This document shows, in pieces, positions 9,220 to 17,228 of a DNA stretch of 64,000 nucleotides. The notes beneath the pieces are model-generated. The model was given only the letters and a program-made list of their open reading frames with translations. It was not told the origin of the DNA and made no database searches. The position numbers and the translations under genes were made by a program. Position 1 is the stretch's first letter, and the number at the start of each line of letters is the position of its first letter. Origin of the DNA: Deltaproteobacteria bacterium. GTDB lineage: Bacteria > Desulfobacterota > Deferrimicrobia > Deferrimicrobiales > Deferrimicrobiaceae. The stretch covers positions 30,175 to 94,174 of the forward strand of contig JBLNEW010000071.1 of NCBI GenBank assembly GCA_050263095.1. Reading direction: 5' to 3'.

Positions 9220-9829
9220 TCTTTAGCGCTACCCCTTCGAGCACGTTGGCGGCGTCCTCGCAGCGGTCGGTGGCGGTCTCCAGCGTCTCGTATATCTCTT
9301 TCCACTTCAAAATCGTAATGGGGTCCTTCTCGTGCTCGAACAGGTAGGCGATCGCGTCGCGGCAGACGCGGTCCGCCTCGTTCTCCAGCGAGTTGACTTC
9401 GACGCAGTGCTCGTAAACGCCGTCCATCTTCTTCCCCATGTGAGAGATGCCGCGATTGAGCTCCCGGACGGACTTGAGGATAAGGAACCCCAACTCCTTG
9501 GCCTGGGGGGTCGATTCGGTGATCTTGTAAAGGGTGATGCGCGTTGCCGCCGCGTGGATAAGGTCGATGATGTCGTCGAGCGACGAGGCGAGCGCCAGGA
9601 TGTCCTCGCGCTCGATGGGAGTGATGAAGGTCGTGTTCAATTTCTTGACGATGTCGTGGGTGATCGTGTCCCCCCGGTGCTCGACCTCCTCGATCTGCCG
9701 GGCTTTCTCCTTTACTTCATGGAAGTTGTCAAGCAGGTCCTTGAGGAGTTCGGCGCCGTCCTGGATGTTCTGCGACGCCTTTTCGAACTGGACGAAGAAT
9801 TCCTGGTCGGTCGGGAGAATCCGGAACAT
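9212..9829 (-). CDS. DUF47 / PhoU-like phosphate transport regulator associated with PiT
   Basis: MFRILPTDQEFFVQFEKASQNI... is an all-helical 205-aa protein. It is translationally coupled to the PiT gene, which is the conserved pairing. Confidence 0.85.
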   Translation of the reverse strand: MFRILPTDQEFFVQFEKASQNIQDGAELLKDLLDNFHEVKEKARQIEEVEHRGDTITHDIVKKLNTTFITPIEREDILALASSLDDIIDLIHAAATRITLYKITESTPQAKELGFLILKSVRELNRGISHMGKKMDGVYEHCVEVNSLENEADRVCRDAIAYLFEHEKDPITILKWKEIYETLETATDRCEDAANVLEGVALKNA

Positions 9830-9880
9830 GGAGCGACTCCTTCTGGTTTTGGGAAAGTGTCGGAAAAACGTTCTACGCGC

Positions 9881-10966
9881 TTATCGGCAAAGCTGCCCCG
9901 CGTGGATTTTCTGCCCGCCGTCCGCCAGCTCGGCAAGCTTGCGCTCCGCCGCGGCAACCAGGTCTTCGATTATCTCGCTCACTGGCTGGACCTTCCTGAC
10001 GAAGGCGACGCTCTGGCCCGCCATCAGCGAACCGTGTTCGATGTCCCCGTCCACCACGGCGCGACGCAGGGCGCCGACCCAGAACTCCTCGAGCCTGACC
10101 TGGGCCTCCTCGCGGGGAAGTTCGCCGGACTTGACCTTGTTCAGGAGATCGAACTGAAGGCGGTTGAAGTCCTTGGTCCCCTCGTTGACGATGGCGCGCA
10201 CCGGTATCGTGGGAAGCGACGCGTCGAACTGCGTGGTGGGCATGGCGTCCCGGGCCTGGGCCTTGATGAACGCCTCCTTGAATCGCGGGTGCGCCACGCA
10301 CTCGTCCGCAACGACGAAGCGGGTCCCAAGCTGCGCCCCCGCCGCGCCGAGCATAAGGTACTGCGCGATCATCTCCCCGGTCCCGATTCCTCCTGCGACG
10401 AAGATCGGGACCTCCGTGATGCTCAACAGAAATTCCTGCGCGAGCACGGAAGTTGCTACAGGTCCGATGTGGCCGCCCGCCTCGTTCCCCTCTATCACCA
10501 GGGCGTCCACTCCCTGCTTGATGAGGCGCCTGGCAAGGGACAAAACCGGAGCGAAGCAGATCAGCTTTGCCCCGGAAGCCTTCACCTGTTCGATGTCCTT
10601 TCCCGACGGGATGCTTCCCGCGAAAAAAACGAACGGCGCTTTCTCCCGGATCACCACCTCGATGTGGTCCCGGAAGCTGGGCGCCACGGTTATCAGGTTG
10701 ACCCCGAAGGGGAATTTCGTCTTGCGGCGGGTGGCCTCGATCTCCTTGGCCAGCATCGCCGGGGGCATGTTCCCCGCGGCGAGGACCCCGAATCCACCCT
10801 CGTTCGAAATGGCGGAAACGAGGTTGGACTCGGATACCCAGGTCATGGCGCCGCAGAGGATCGCGTGCCGGGTGCCGAGAAAATCGGTACCCCGCCTCCA
10901 AGCAGCCGGCAGATGTCTCAACTCCATCGATGATTCTCCCGCGGACAATTCGTACGAATATACCAT
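9881..10966 (-). CDS. Nitronate monooxygenase / FabK-like FMN oxidoreductase (NMO family)
   Basis: GAMTWVSESNLVSAISNEGGFGVLAAG, IEGNEAGGHIG and FVAGGIGTGE motifs. The true start may be the internal Met at 10927 (MELRHLP...). Confidence 0.8.
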   Translation of the reverse strand: MVYSYELSAGESSMELRHLPAAWRRGTDFLGTRHAILCGAMTWVSESNLVSAISNEGGFGVLAAGNMPPAMLAKEIEATRRKTKFPFGVNLITVAPSFRDHIEVVIREKAPFVFFAGSIPSGKDIEQVKASGAKLICFAPVLSLARRLIKQGVDALVIEGNEAGGHIGPVATSVLAQEFLLSITEVPIFVAGGIGTGEMIAQYLMLGAAGAQLGTRFVVADECVAHPRFKEAFIKAQARDAMPTTQFDASLPTIPVRAIVNEGTKDFNRLQFDLLNKVKSGELPREEAQVRLEEFWVGALRRAVVDGDIEHGSLMAGQSVAFVRKVQPVSEIIEDLVAAAERKLAELADGGQKIHAGQLCR

Positions 10967-11024
10967 AGGCGGCCGGCAAGGTGCCGTTAAAAGGAACCTC
11001 CGGCGTTTCCGGCAGTTCTTCTGC

Positions 11025-11030
11025 TATATT
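11025..11030 (+). promoter_or_regulatory. Candidate extended -10 (TGcTATATT) of a leaderless transcript
   Basis: TATATT is preceded by TGc and lies 7 nt upstream of the ATG at 11038. No Shine-Dalgarno sequence in between. Confidence 0.35.
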
Positions 11031-11037
11031 ATGCAGC

Positions 11038-12006
11038 ATGGTGCTGAGAAGCGAGCTGTACGACATCACCGTCGTCGGCGCCGGCCCGGTGGGGCTCTAT
11101 GCCGCCTATTACGCGGGCCTGCGGGATTGCAGGACCAAGCTCATCGAAATGTACCCCCAGGTGGGCGGCCGGCTCATTTCCATGTACCCGGAGAAGGAGA
11201 TATTCGACGTCGCCGGCCACCCGAAAATCGTCGCCGCCGACCTGGTGGGACTTCTCACGGAACAGGCGATGCAGTACAAGCCCACAGTCGTCCTGGACGA
11301 GCGGGTCACATGGCTCCGCGTTCTCGGTGAGCGCGTGATCGAACTGACGACGGTCAAGGGGATCCATTACACGCAGGCGGCCATAATCGCGGTGGGTTGC
11401 GGCGCCTTCGTCCCTCGCAAGCTGGACATACCGCACCTCATCGACCTGGAAGGGCGCGGGATCTACTACTACCTCAAGTCCTTCGAGGCGCTCCGCGGGA
11501 AGAAGGTGCTCATACTGGGGGGAGGGAACAGCGCGGTGGACTGGGCCCTGTCCCTGGACGGGATAGCCGCGGAGGTGACCCTTGCGCACCGGATGTACAA
11601 ATTCCAGGCCCACGAAGCCATGGTGGACAGGCTGCTCGCCTCCGGGGTCAATGTGAAGTTCCCGTACTTCACGCTAAAGGCCGTGATCGGGGAGGACCGG
11701 GTAACGGGCGCCGTGATCTGGAACGAGAGGAGCGGACTGGAGGAGGTTATCGCCGTGGACGCGATCATCCTCTCGATCGGGATGCTCACCAACCTGGAGC
11801 CGTTCCGCCAGTGGGGCCTGGACATAGTCGGAAGCGGAATCGCCGTCGCCCCCGACATGTCCACCAGCCTGCCCGGGGTGTACGCCGCGGGCGACATCGT
11901 CACCTATCCGGGGAAAATATTGCTGATCACCGCGGGATCGGGGGAGGCCGCCACGGCGGTCAACTCGGCAAAGGAATACATCATCGCCGGAGAGCTCGGT
12001 CGCTAG
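11038..12006 (+). CDS. Ferredoxin-NADP+ reductase, thioredoxin-reductase-like type (YumC-like)
   Basis: YDITVVGAGPVGLYAAYYAG, MYPEKEIFDVAGHP, VLILGGGNSAVDWA and GVYAAGDIVTYPGK motifs. I use the internal Met because the track start (10981, GTG) adds a non-conserved leader. Confidence 0.85.
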   Translation: MVLRSELYDITVVGAGPVGLYAAYYAGLRDCRTKLIEMYPQVGGRLISMYPEKEIFDVAGHPKIVAADLVGLLTEQAMQYKPTVVLDERVTWLRVLGERVIELTTVKGIHYTQAAIIAVGCGAFVPRKLDIPHLIDLEGRGIYYYLKSFEALRGKKVLILGGGNSAVDWALSLDGIAAEVTLAHRMYKFQAHEAMVDRLLASGVNVKFPYFTLKAVIGEDRVTGAVIWNERSGLEEVIAVDAIILSIGMLTNLEPFRQWGLDIVGSGIAVAPDMSTSLPGVYAAGDIVTYPGKILLITAGSGEAATAVNSAKEYIIAGELGR

Positions 12007-12050
12007 CACTGCTCGACGGCAAGCGTTCCCGTCGGAGCGGTCTCGCCTCC

Positions 12051-12221
12051 GGAGATCCCCCGTCGCGTTCCGCCTTCGGCTCCCCTGCACATCCGTCGTC
12101 CTTGCCCCTTGATGGCTTTCCAGTGGTCTGCCAGGTTTATCGGTATGCCAAGTCCCACCTTTACCGGATGGTGGGTTCCACTACGGACGGTTCCGCCTCG
12201 TCTCCTCGCGAGGGGGACTCC
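12051..12221. other. Unassigned helix-closed structured element (candidate ncRNA, or a MITE-like element with inverted termini)
   Basis: GGAGATCCCCCGTCGCG (12051-12067) pairs with CGCGAGGGGGACTCC (12207-12221), about 15 bp with one bulge. Internal hairpins seen on the minus-strand reading: CCCACC-10 nt-GGUGGG and CUUGGC...GCCAUCAAG. A loop CAUCCG is complementary to a downstream CGGAUG. It lies in the 266-nt spacer between convergent genes and has no credible ORF. Confidence 0.25.
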
Positions 12222-12271
12222 TGCGGCGGCCGCTCCGACCATACCGCTTGCACAGTGACGGAACCAGGGCA

Positions 12272-13108
12272 CTACCGATCCCTCGCTTCTGCCGTTGCTC
12301 GCCCGCGCCATGCCGCCCGCAGGGTCTCCGCCCTGTTCGAGAAGACACCGTCCGCGCCTGAGTCGACCAGGCGGATGAACGTTTCCGGATCGTCCACCGT
12401 GTATGGTATGAGCAATAGCCCCGCGGTCTTCACCTTCCCGATGCGCAGGGGGGAAAGCTTCCGGTAGTCAGGATGGATCAACGGCAAGGCATGCCGGATA
12501 CAGAAGGCGATGTCGGATGCGGAGGGGCGTCCCGTGACCAGCCCGCAGGGAAGATCGGGACGCAGCGAGCGGGCCGCCAGGCACTCTTCCCTCAAGCCGG
12601 AAGAAATAATCGCTTCCCCCGTGTATCCCGCGCTCCGAAGGACTCCGCAAACGGCGGCCGCTCCCCCCGGAGTCTTTACGTGAATGTTGATCGGAACCGT
12701 GCCGCGGACGACCTCAAGCACATCGGCGAGAAACGGCAAGGGCTCGCCGTTCTTCAGGATGACTTTTCGCAGGCTGGCCGAAGAGGTTGAAGCGACGGTC
12801 AAGTCCTCCCTGGCCGTGCGGCCCGTCCGCGCGTCGTGGAGCACGGCCGGCTGTCCGTCGGCCGAGAGCCTGACGTCCAACTCGATCATGTCGGCCCGAT
12901 CGGAAACGGCAAGGGCTATCGCGGCGATGGAGTTTTCCAGCGCGCGGTCGGACGCACCGCGATGCGCCGCAACCAGCGGCGAATCCCCCCGCCGTGTCTG
13001 GAGAATCGTCCCCACCGGACAAAGATACCCCAGGCGGGGCGGTCCCGTCCGCCTAATTCGAGAAAACGATTTTCGATTTTTCCCGCATCCGGCCGAGCGT
13101 CGCGTCAT
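12272..13108 (-). CDS. Glycerophosphodiester phosphodiesterase (GDPD family)
   Basis: VAAHRGASDRALENSIAAIALA...IELDVRLSADGQPAVLHD...GADGVFSN motifs. The annotated ATG overlaps the upstream PPIase gene by 56 nt, so the true start may be further in. Confidence 0.8.
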   Translation of the reverse strand: MTRRSAGCGKNRKSFSRIRRTGPPRLGYLCPVGTILQTRRGDSPLVAAHRGASDRALENSIAAIALAVSDRADMIELDVRLSADGQPAVLHDARTGRTAREDLTVASTSSASLRKVILKNGEPLPFLADVLEVVRGTVPINIHVKTPGGAAAVCGVLRSAGYTGEAIISSGLREECLAARSLRPDLPCGLVTGRPSASDIAFCIRHALPLIHPDYRKLSPLRIGKVKTAGLLLIPYTVDDPETFIRLVDSGADGVFSNRAETLRAAWRGRATAEARDR

Positions 13109-13916
13109 GGAGCTCTTCGGTCTTCCGCTTCCGCAACATCTCGATTATCTTTTCCCTTTCAGTGGCGAAAGTAACCTTCGGATCCACAGCTTTATCGACA
13201 AGCTTGATCACCCAGGACCGCTCGCCGGGTCCCTTGATGACATCGCTCACCTGGCCCGGCTCCAGGCGGTCGACGATTCCTTGCCATGATTCCGGAATCT
13301 GATTCCAGTACAGGTAACCGAGATCCCAGGGAGCCTTCATTCCCTTGGGCAAATTCGGGAATCGCCTCGAGGCCACCCTTTCGAACGACTTTCCGCTTTC
13401 AAGATCTTTATGATCTTCGGCCATCCGGGATTCATCGCCCTTGTAGAAAATCTGCCATACATGTAATTTCGTCGTTATCCTCTTGGAATTCTTCTCGAAA
13501 TATTCCTGGGCTTCCGAATCCGTCACGTTGACCTTGGTCCGGATATGTTCGCGATACAGACCCGACATCTCCTGCCGTTGAAAAGCCCTCAGTTGCGCCT
13601 CGGCCTCCTGTAGTTTCATGCGGTATCCCGGGTTTTTGTCGAGTCCCAGCTCGACTCCCTGCTGGTAGACGAGCTCGCTGCGAACGAGAGCCTGCAATAT
13701 GTTTCGTATCGCGTCGGGACTCACCGTGTCGCCGTGAGCGCCCCGCTTGAAAGCTTGCCGGACATCGTACTCGGTGATCGGCACTCCGTTCACCGTCGCC
13801 AGGACCTTGAACTTGCCATCGCCGTCCGTCATCCGATTCGCCTCCCGCTTCTCACCGCAGGATGCAAGCAGGGCCGCAAGCAATATCGCCGCCGGCAGAA
13901 CAATCGTCTTTTTCAA
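13053..13916 (-). CDS. Periplasmic/lipoprotein peptidyl-prolyl isomerase (parvulin / SurA-PrsA-like)
   Basis: Lipobox LLASCG, a SurA-like N-terminal chaperone segment (ATVNGVPITEYDV) and a PpiC-type segment (DLGYLYWNQIPESWQGIVDRLEPGQVSDVIKG). TTG start. Confidence 0.75.
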   Translation of the reverse strand: MKKTIVLPAAILLAALLASCGEKREANRMTDGDGKFKVLATVNGVPITEYDVRQAFKRGAHGDTVSPDAIRNILQALVRSELVYQQGVELGLDKNPGYRMKLQEAEAQLRAFQRQEMSGLYREHIRTKVNVTDSEAQEYFEKNSKRITTKLHVWQIFYKGDESRMAEDHKDLESGKSFERVASRRFPNLPKGMKAPWDLGYLYWNQIPESWQGIVDRLEPGQVSDVIKGPGERSWVIKLVDKAVDPKVTFATEREKIIEMLRKRKTEELHDATLGRMREKSKIVFSN

Positions 13917-13954
13917 TGTCGTTTTCTCCGGGGAATCAAGTTGGGAGCCTTAAA

Positions 13955-14012
13955 CGATCGGTCCGGATGAAGGAAGGGCGGCATTCGCATGCCGCCCTTC
14001 CTCGACCGATCG
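13955..14012 (-). terminator. Long GC hairpin terminator after the decaheme cytochrome gene
   Basis: GGAAGGGCGGCAT(13972-13984)-TCGC-ATGCCGCCCTTCC(13989-14001) is a 13-bp perfect stem. It is extended by CGATCGGTC(13955-13963)/GACCGATCG(14004-14012). On the minus-strand RNA it is followed by UUCAUCC. Confidence 0.55.
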
Positions 14013-14047
14013 GTACTTGCCGTTCCGCTACATTTTGCGACTTGCCA

Positions 14048-16876
14048 CTAGTGCAGGGGCGCGTGGCAGGCCTTGCAGGATTCCTGCTCGTCGCCGCTCC
14101 ACGGGGCAAGCGGCGTCGGATCGTAGGTCTGCGCTTTCATGTGGGCCGAAGCCGCATCGGAGTCGTGGCACCCCATGCAGGCCACGCGGTTGGGGTTGGT
14201 CTGCCACGAGCCGCTGGTCGTAGCCGCCGGGTGGCAGGACTCGCAGTTGCGGATGTTCATCGGGTACGTGATACGCCAGTTGCGCCCGAAGGCCGATGTC
14301 TCCTCGTGCGCTACCGTAATGGTCGGATAGTTCAAGGCCGACCCGTTATGGACCGCGTGCACCCGCTTGGAGATCGGGTGGCCGCCGCCGAAGGAGGCCG
14401 AGGAACCGCTCGGGTCCTGGGCGGAATTGTAGTCGTGGCAGCCGCCGCACTGGTCGACGGCCTGGGCGTTGAAGAGCTTGTTGTGGCGCGCAGGATCGAG
14501 CACGAAGCCCGTACCCGCGCCGCTCCAGTGGCAGGCGGTGCAGCCGTCCGCGATCGGCTTCTCCACGGCCTCCTGCTTGACCTGGAAGGTGGCGACGGCT
14601 ACGGAAGGCGCCCTGTAGTCGACGAACGGCGGCTCGGGAGGATTCCCGGGGCCGCGGCCTGCGTCGCCGAACTCGACGTTGATCACGTACGTTCCGGCAA
14701 CCAGGTCATCGACCGGGTCCAGGGTGTACTTGATCGCCGTCGGGTCGGTGAAATCCGCCTTGGGATCGGTAGCGTTAAGCGTGGTCCTTATACGGGCCTG
14801 GATGGAGCTTCCGGCCCTTTTCCATGCGCCGATGTCGGCGGCGGCGAACATGCCTGCCGGAGCGGCGACGATCTGGATGTTAGGCTGAGCGGTCCTCTCC
14901 TTGACCTTGAGCGTGTTGGTAGCGGTCAACTCCATTTTCGATATGCCGCGGCTGCGGATCGCCAGCTTGCCGGCGTTGGCATTGCCGGGGAGGGCTTCGT
15001 CCACGTAGGCTACGGCGCGGTGGCTGAACGCGGCGTTCGCGTTCAGCGCGGCAGCCGCCGATGCGGGGGTCAAGTTATTGTCGGCGGGCAGGGTGACGGT
15101 GATTGTGCCCGAAGCCAGCTCATCGGCGCCGAAGCCCTCGTATACGAATTCATTATTGTAGGTAAGCATCGACATGCCGGAGTCCACTTTCACGGTGAGT
15201 GCGCGGTTGGCCGCACTCAACGCGCTCAGATCCCACGGTCCGACGTTGTCGCTCGCCACCTTCGCCCGCGCGGCGTAGGTCAGGACCGGAATGCGCTGGG
15301 CGCGCGGTCCGGTCACATAGACGCTGGCGGCCCGGAAAAGGCCGTCCCTGGCCACGGTGCACGAGGTATCTTCGGAGCCGGCCACCGGGATGCATCCTTC
15401 CGCGGTGCCGTCCTCCACCACGGAGGACGGGGCGATGACGGCGCCGGTCACTTTATCCGTAAGCGCGATGCTGATGACCGGGCTCTCGCCGTCCACGAAG
15501 TACTTGCCGTTCGCGGGGGCGGAGGTCGTCAATGCGATGTTGAACTCGGACTTGTTGCGGATATCCTTGGCGGTCCAATCATGGGCTTCGGTGACGGATT
15601 TGCTGAAAACCGTTCCCGTAGGCACATGGCAAAAGGCGCAACCGCTGTCGCTTGTCGCAAGACCGCCGGCATGGTTCGTGCCGGCCGCCCAATCGATCGT
15701 GTCGTGGCAGGAACCGCAGGCCGCGCGCGAGGGGACGGTTTTCCAGTTGTCGGCGTTCGCGCCGCTGCCGGTGTGACAGGCCTGGCAGTTGGAAAGAACG
15801 GCCGGGAAGGCGGCCCCTCCCCAGGAAACGGCTCTCACCGAGTTGCCCCAGAGAATGTACTCGCCGTTGTCGGCGGTTTCGTCCGCGGCGGTATGCGGAT
15901 TGTCGTAATACTTGCCGTCTACCCCCGCAACGCTGGGAAGCTCGTTGCCGGCATGGATCTTGTGGATCATCACGGCCATTTCGATGCTTTCGCCGCTCTG
16001 GGCGTCATAGCTGTCCGGGCTGTGGCAGGCGACGCAGCCTTCCACCGTGACGCGGTCGCCACCGTGCCCCGCGAATTCGGGGCCATGGCACTTCTTGCAC
16101 GCCGCGGTCTCGACGATGTTGCGCGTCGCGGTGACGGCGGAGCCGTCCGGCACGAAATCGAAGTCGCCTTCGCCGGTCGGGCCGTTGTGGCCGCCCATGG
16201 TCACGATGACCCTGTGGGTCAGGTTGCGCTCGTACCCGATCAGCGCCCCTCCGTCCGGAAGCGCGGCCGTCGCCAGGTTCTTCTTGAAGGTGTAGGTGTA
16301 GCTACCGCCGCCGTTGTTTACGAGCGTGCCGTTCGCCGCGCCGGTGCCGCTGCTTTCGCGGTAGCCCTGATTTACCTTGTTCCCGGCCGGCATGGGGAAG
16401 GCGTTGCCCGCGGCGTCCTGTGTGCCGACCACCGTTTCGGTGCGCCAGAGGTAGGGGACCCACCTGTTGTAGCTGAAGGCGCCGCTCTTGGGCGACAGTT
16501 TGAAGATGCCGGCGCCGACGCTGGGGACCGTGGTGACCGCGACGCCGTCCTTCTCGACGGTGAAGTTTACGGTCACCACCCCGGCCGCATCCGCGGTCGC
16601 GCCGGTGACGGTGACGTCTACCAGGTACTTGTTGGCGGCCGCCAGTTCTTCGGCGGCCAAGGCGGTCTCGCCATGCTTGTCGGATATTTTGGCGGCTCCG
16701 GAAAGGCCCGGGGTGCCGGGGTCACCGCCCGCTCCGGGTGATCCGGGCGTACCCGGCGCGCCCGTGGCGCCGGTTGCGCCCGCCGGGCCCGCGGACCCGG
16801 TATCCCCGGAACAACCGCAGAACAGAAACGGTATCGTCAAGGTCAATGCAGCCAGCAGGACAACCAGCTTTTTCAT
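14048..16876 (-). CDS. Outer-surface decaheme c-type cytochrome lipoprotein, MtrC/OmcA family architecture
   Basis: Signal peptide with a Cys lipobox (LFCGC) and ten CxxCH motifs in two blocks of five. Block 1: CKKCH, CVACH, CQACH, CGSCH, CAFCH. Block 2: CTACH, CGGCH, CESCH, CMGCH, CKACH. Each block is preceded by a heme-free beta-rich domain. A Cys-X10-Cys pair (CIPVAGSEDTSC) lies in the second heme-free domain. The antisense 959-aa ORF 13862..16741(+) is an artefact. Confidence 0.85.
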   Translation of the reverse strand: MKKLVVLLAALTLTIPFLFCGCSGDTGSAGPAGATGATGAPGTPGSPGAGGDPGTPGLSGAAKISDKHGETALAAEELAAANKYLVDVTVTGATADAAGVVTVNFTVEKDGVAVTTVPSVGAGIFKLSPKSGAFSYNRWVPYLWRTETVVGTQDAAGNAFPMPAGNKVNQGYRESSGTGAANGTLVNNGGGSYTYTFKKNLATAALPDGGALIGYERNLTHRVIVTMGGHNGPTGEGDFDFVPDGSAVTATRNIVETAACKKCHGPEFAGHGGDRVTVEGCVACHSPDSYDAQSGESIEMAVMIHKIHAGNELPSVAGVDGKYYDNPHTAADETADNGEYILWGNSVRAVSWGGAAFPAVLSNCQACHTGSGANADNWKTVPSRAACGSCHDTIDWAAGTNHAGGLATSDSGCAFCHVPTGTVFSKSVTEAHDWTAKDIRNKSEFNIALTTSAPANGKYFVDGESPVISIALTDKVTGAVIAPSSVVEDGTAEGCIPVAGSEDTSCTVARDGLFRAASVYVTGPRAQRIPVLTYAARAKVASDNVGPWDLSALSAANRALTVKVDSGMSMLTYNNEFVYEGFGADELASGTITVTLPADNNLTPASAAAALNANAAFSHRAVAYVDEALPGNANAGKLAIRSRGISKMELTATNTLKVKERTAQPNIQIVAAPAGMFAAADIGAWKRAGSSIQARIRTTLNATDPKADFTDPTAIKYTLDPVDDLVAGTYVINVEFGDAGRGPGNPPEPPFVDYRAPSVAVATFQVKQEAVEKPIADGCTACHWSGAGTGFVLDPARHNKLFNAQAVDQCGGCHDYNSAQDPSGSSASFGGGHPISKRVHAVHNGSALNYPTITVAHEETSAFGRNWRITYPMNIRNCESCHPAATTSGSWQTNPNRVACMGCHDSDAASAHMKAQTYDPTPLAPWSGDEQESCKACHAPLH
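16691..16807 (-). repeat. Collagen-like Gly-X-Y repeat (13 uninterrupted triplets) encoded just after the cytochrome lipobox
   Basis: Residues 24-62 read GDT GSA GPA GAT GAT GAP GTP GSP GAG GDP GTP GLS GAA. Reading frame verified at both ends against the nucleotide sequence. Confidence 0.7.
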
Positions 16877-17098
16877 CGATCCCTCCTTGTCGGTACGTTG
16901 GGTGCGTTGAAGTCATCGCCATTGATGTCATTACCCCTGTACCCCGGCACCTCCTTTCGGTTGAGGTTATCCGATGAATCGCCCTTTTCCGCCTGTAATC
17001 AGCATCCATTCCGGCTCGAAGCCGGCCGGCCGCAACATGATTCGCCCCGTATGATGAAGATTTCTACAGCGGTCCCTGCTCAAAGCATATTCGTGTTG

Positions 17099-17121
17099 AT
17101 ATTGTATACTGCATACAATAT
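17099..17121. promoter_or_regulatory. Perfect 9-bp inverted repeat (ATATTGTAT-N5-ATACAATAT), candidate operator
   Basis: Located in the AT-rich divergent spacer between the decaheme cytochrome (-) and the lipid kinase (+). On the minus strand it overlaps a -10-like TACAAT. Confidence 0.35.
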
Positions 17122-17214
17122 ACACGCACACGGTATTAGAAATGGCGGTCTTCGTCAAGGAAATTATGGGATGGGGAGGATCGGTTGTCTGAATCCGTTA
17201 AGGGGTTTTTTTGC

Positions 17215-17220
17215 TAGAAT
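17215..17220 (+). promoter_or_regulatory. Candidate extended -10 (TGcTAGAAT) of a leaderless transcript
   Basis: TAGAAT is preceded by TGc and lies 8 nt upstream of the ATG at 17229. No Shine-Dalgarno sequence. Confidence 0.35.
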
Positions 17221-17228
17221 CGCGCCAT

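Noticed and set aside
12007-12271. Assignment of the structured spacer to RNase P RNA, tmRNA, SRP RNA, tRNA-Sec, or the cobalamin/glycine/ZTP/TPP riboswitches
   Set aside because: I checked by eye for GAGGAAAGUCC/ACAGAACCCGGCUUA (RNase P), a T-loop plus CCA tail (tmRNA, tRNA), GGAAGCAGCC (SRP), the B12 box, and the CUGAGA, ACUGGCG and GGCAAAAGGAC cores. Only short partial resemblances appear, and in the wrong order or length. It is kept as unassigned (see findings). The 102-aa ORF 12003..12311(-) was rejected as coding because it is Arg/Gly-rich and overlaps the GDPD stop.
13053-13108. 56-nt overlap between the GDPD start and the PPIase 3' end as a possible programmed feature
   Set aside because: This is most simply explained by an over-extended GDPD start call. 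The first about 45 residues are non-conserved and basic. I could not identify the true start with confidence, so the track coordinates are kept and flagged.
13862-16741. 959-aa ORF on the plus strand
   Set aside because: It is antisense to the decaheme cytochrome gene. The sequence is Arg/Gly/Ala/Val-rich low complexity with no recognisable motifs, whereas the minus-strand frame has ten CxxCH motifs and a lipoprotein signal. This is a typical high-GC shadow ORF.
16691-16810. Periodic nucleotide repeat that could be mistaken for a tandem repeat or CRISPR-like array
   Set aside because: The periodicity is 9 nt or shorter and degenerate, it lies in-frame inside a CDS, and it encodes Gly-X-Y triplets. 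There are no spacers or longer direct repeats. No CRISPR array was seen anywhere in the window.
16877-17098. Possible GEMM-I (c-di-GMP / cGAMP) riboswitch in the long 5' region of the decaheme cytochrome, by analogy with Geobacter exoelectrogenesis genes
   Set aside because: Reading the minus strand, I found hairpins such as CCGGCU-CGA-AGCCGG and ACCUC...GAGGU. I did not find the conserved GEMM-I elements (the GGCAAA/ACGCAAAGCC-type cores or the tetraloop-receptor arrangement). A covariance-model scan would be needed to exclude it fully.
16967-17158. 63-aa minus-strand ORF, and 16898..17266(+), in the AT-rich cytochrome/lipid-kinase spacer
   Set aside because: There is no SD, the composition is odd, and both overlap the palindrome and promoter-like region. 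More likely non-coding regulatory DNA.
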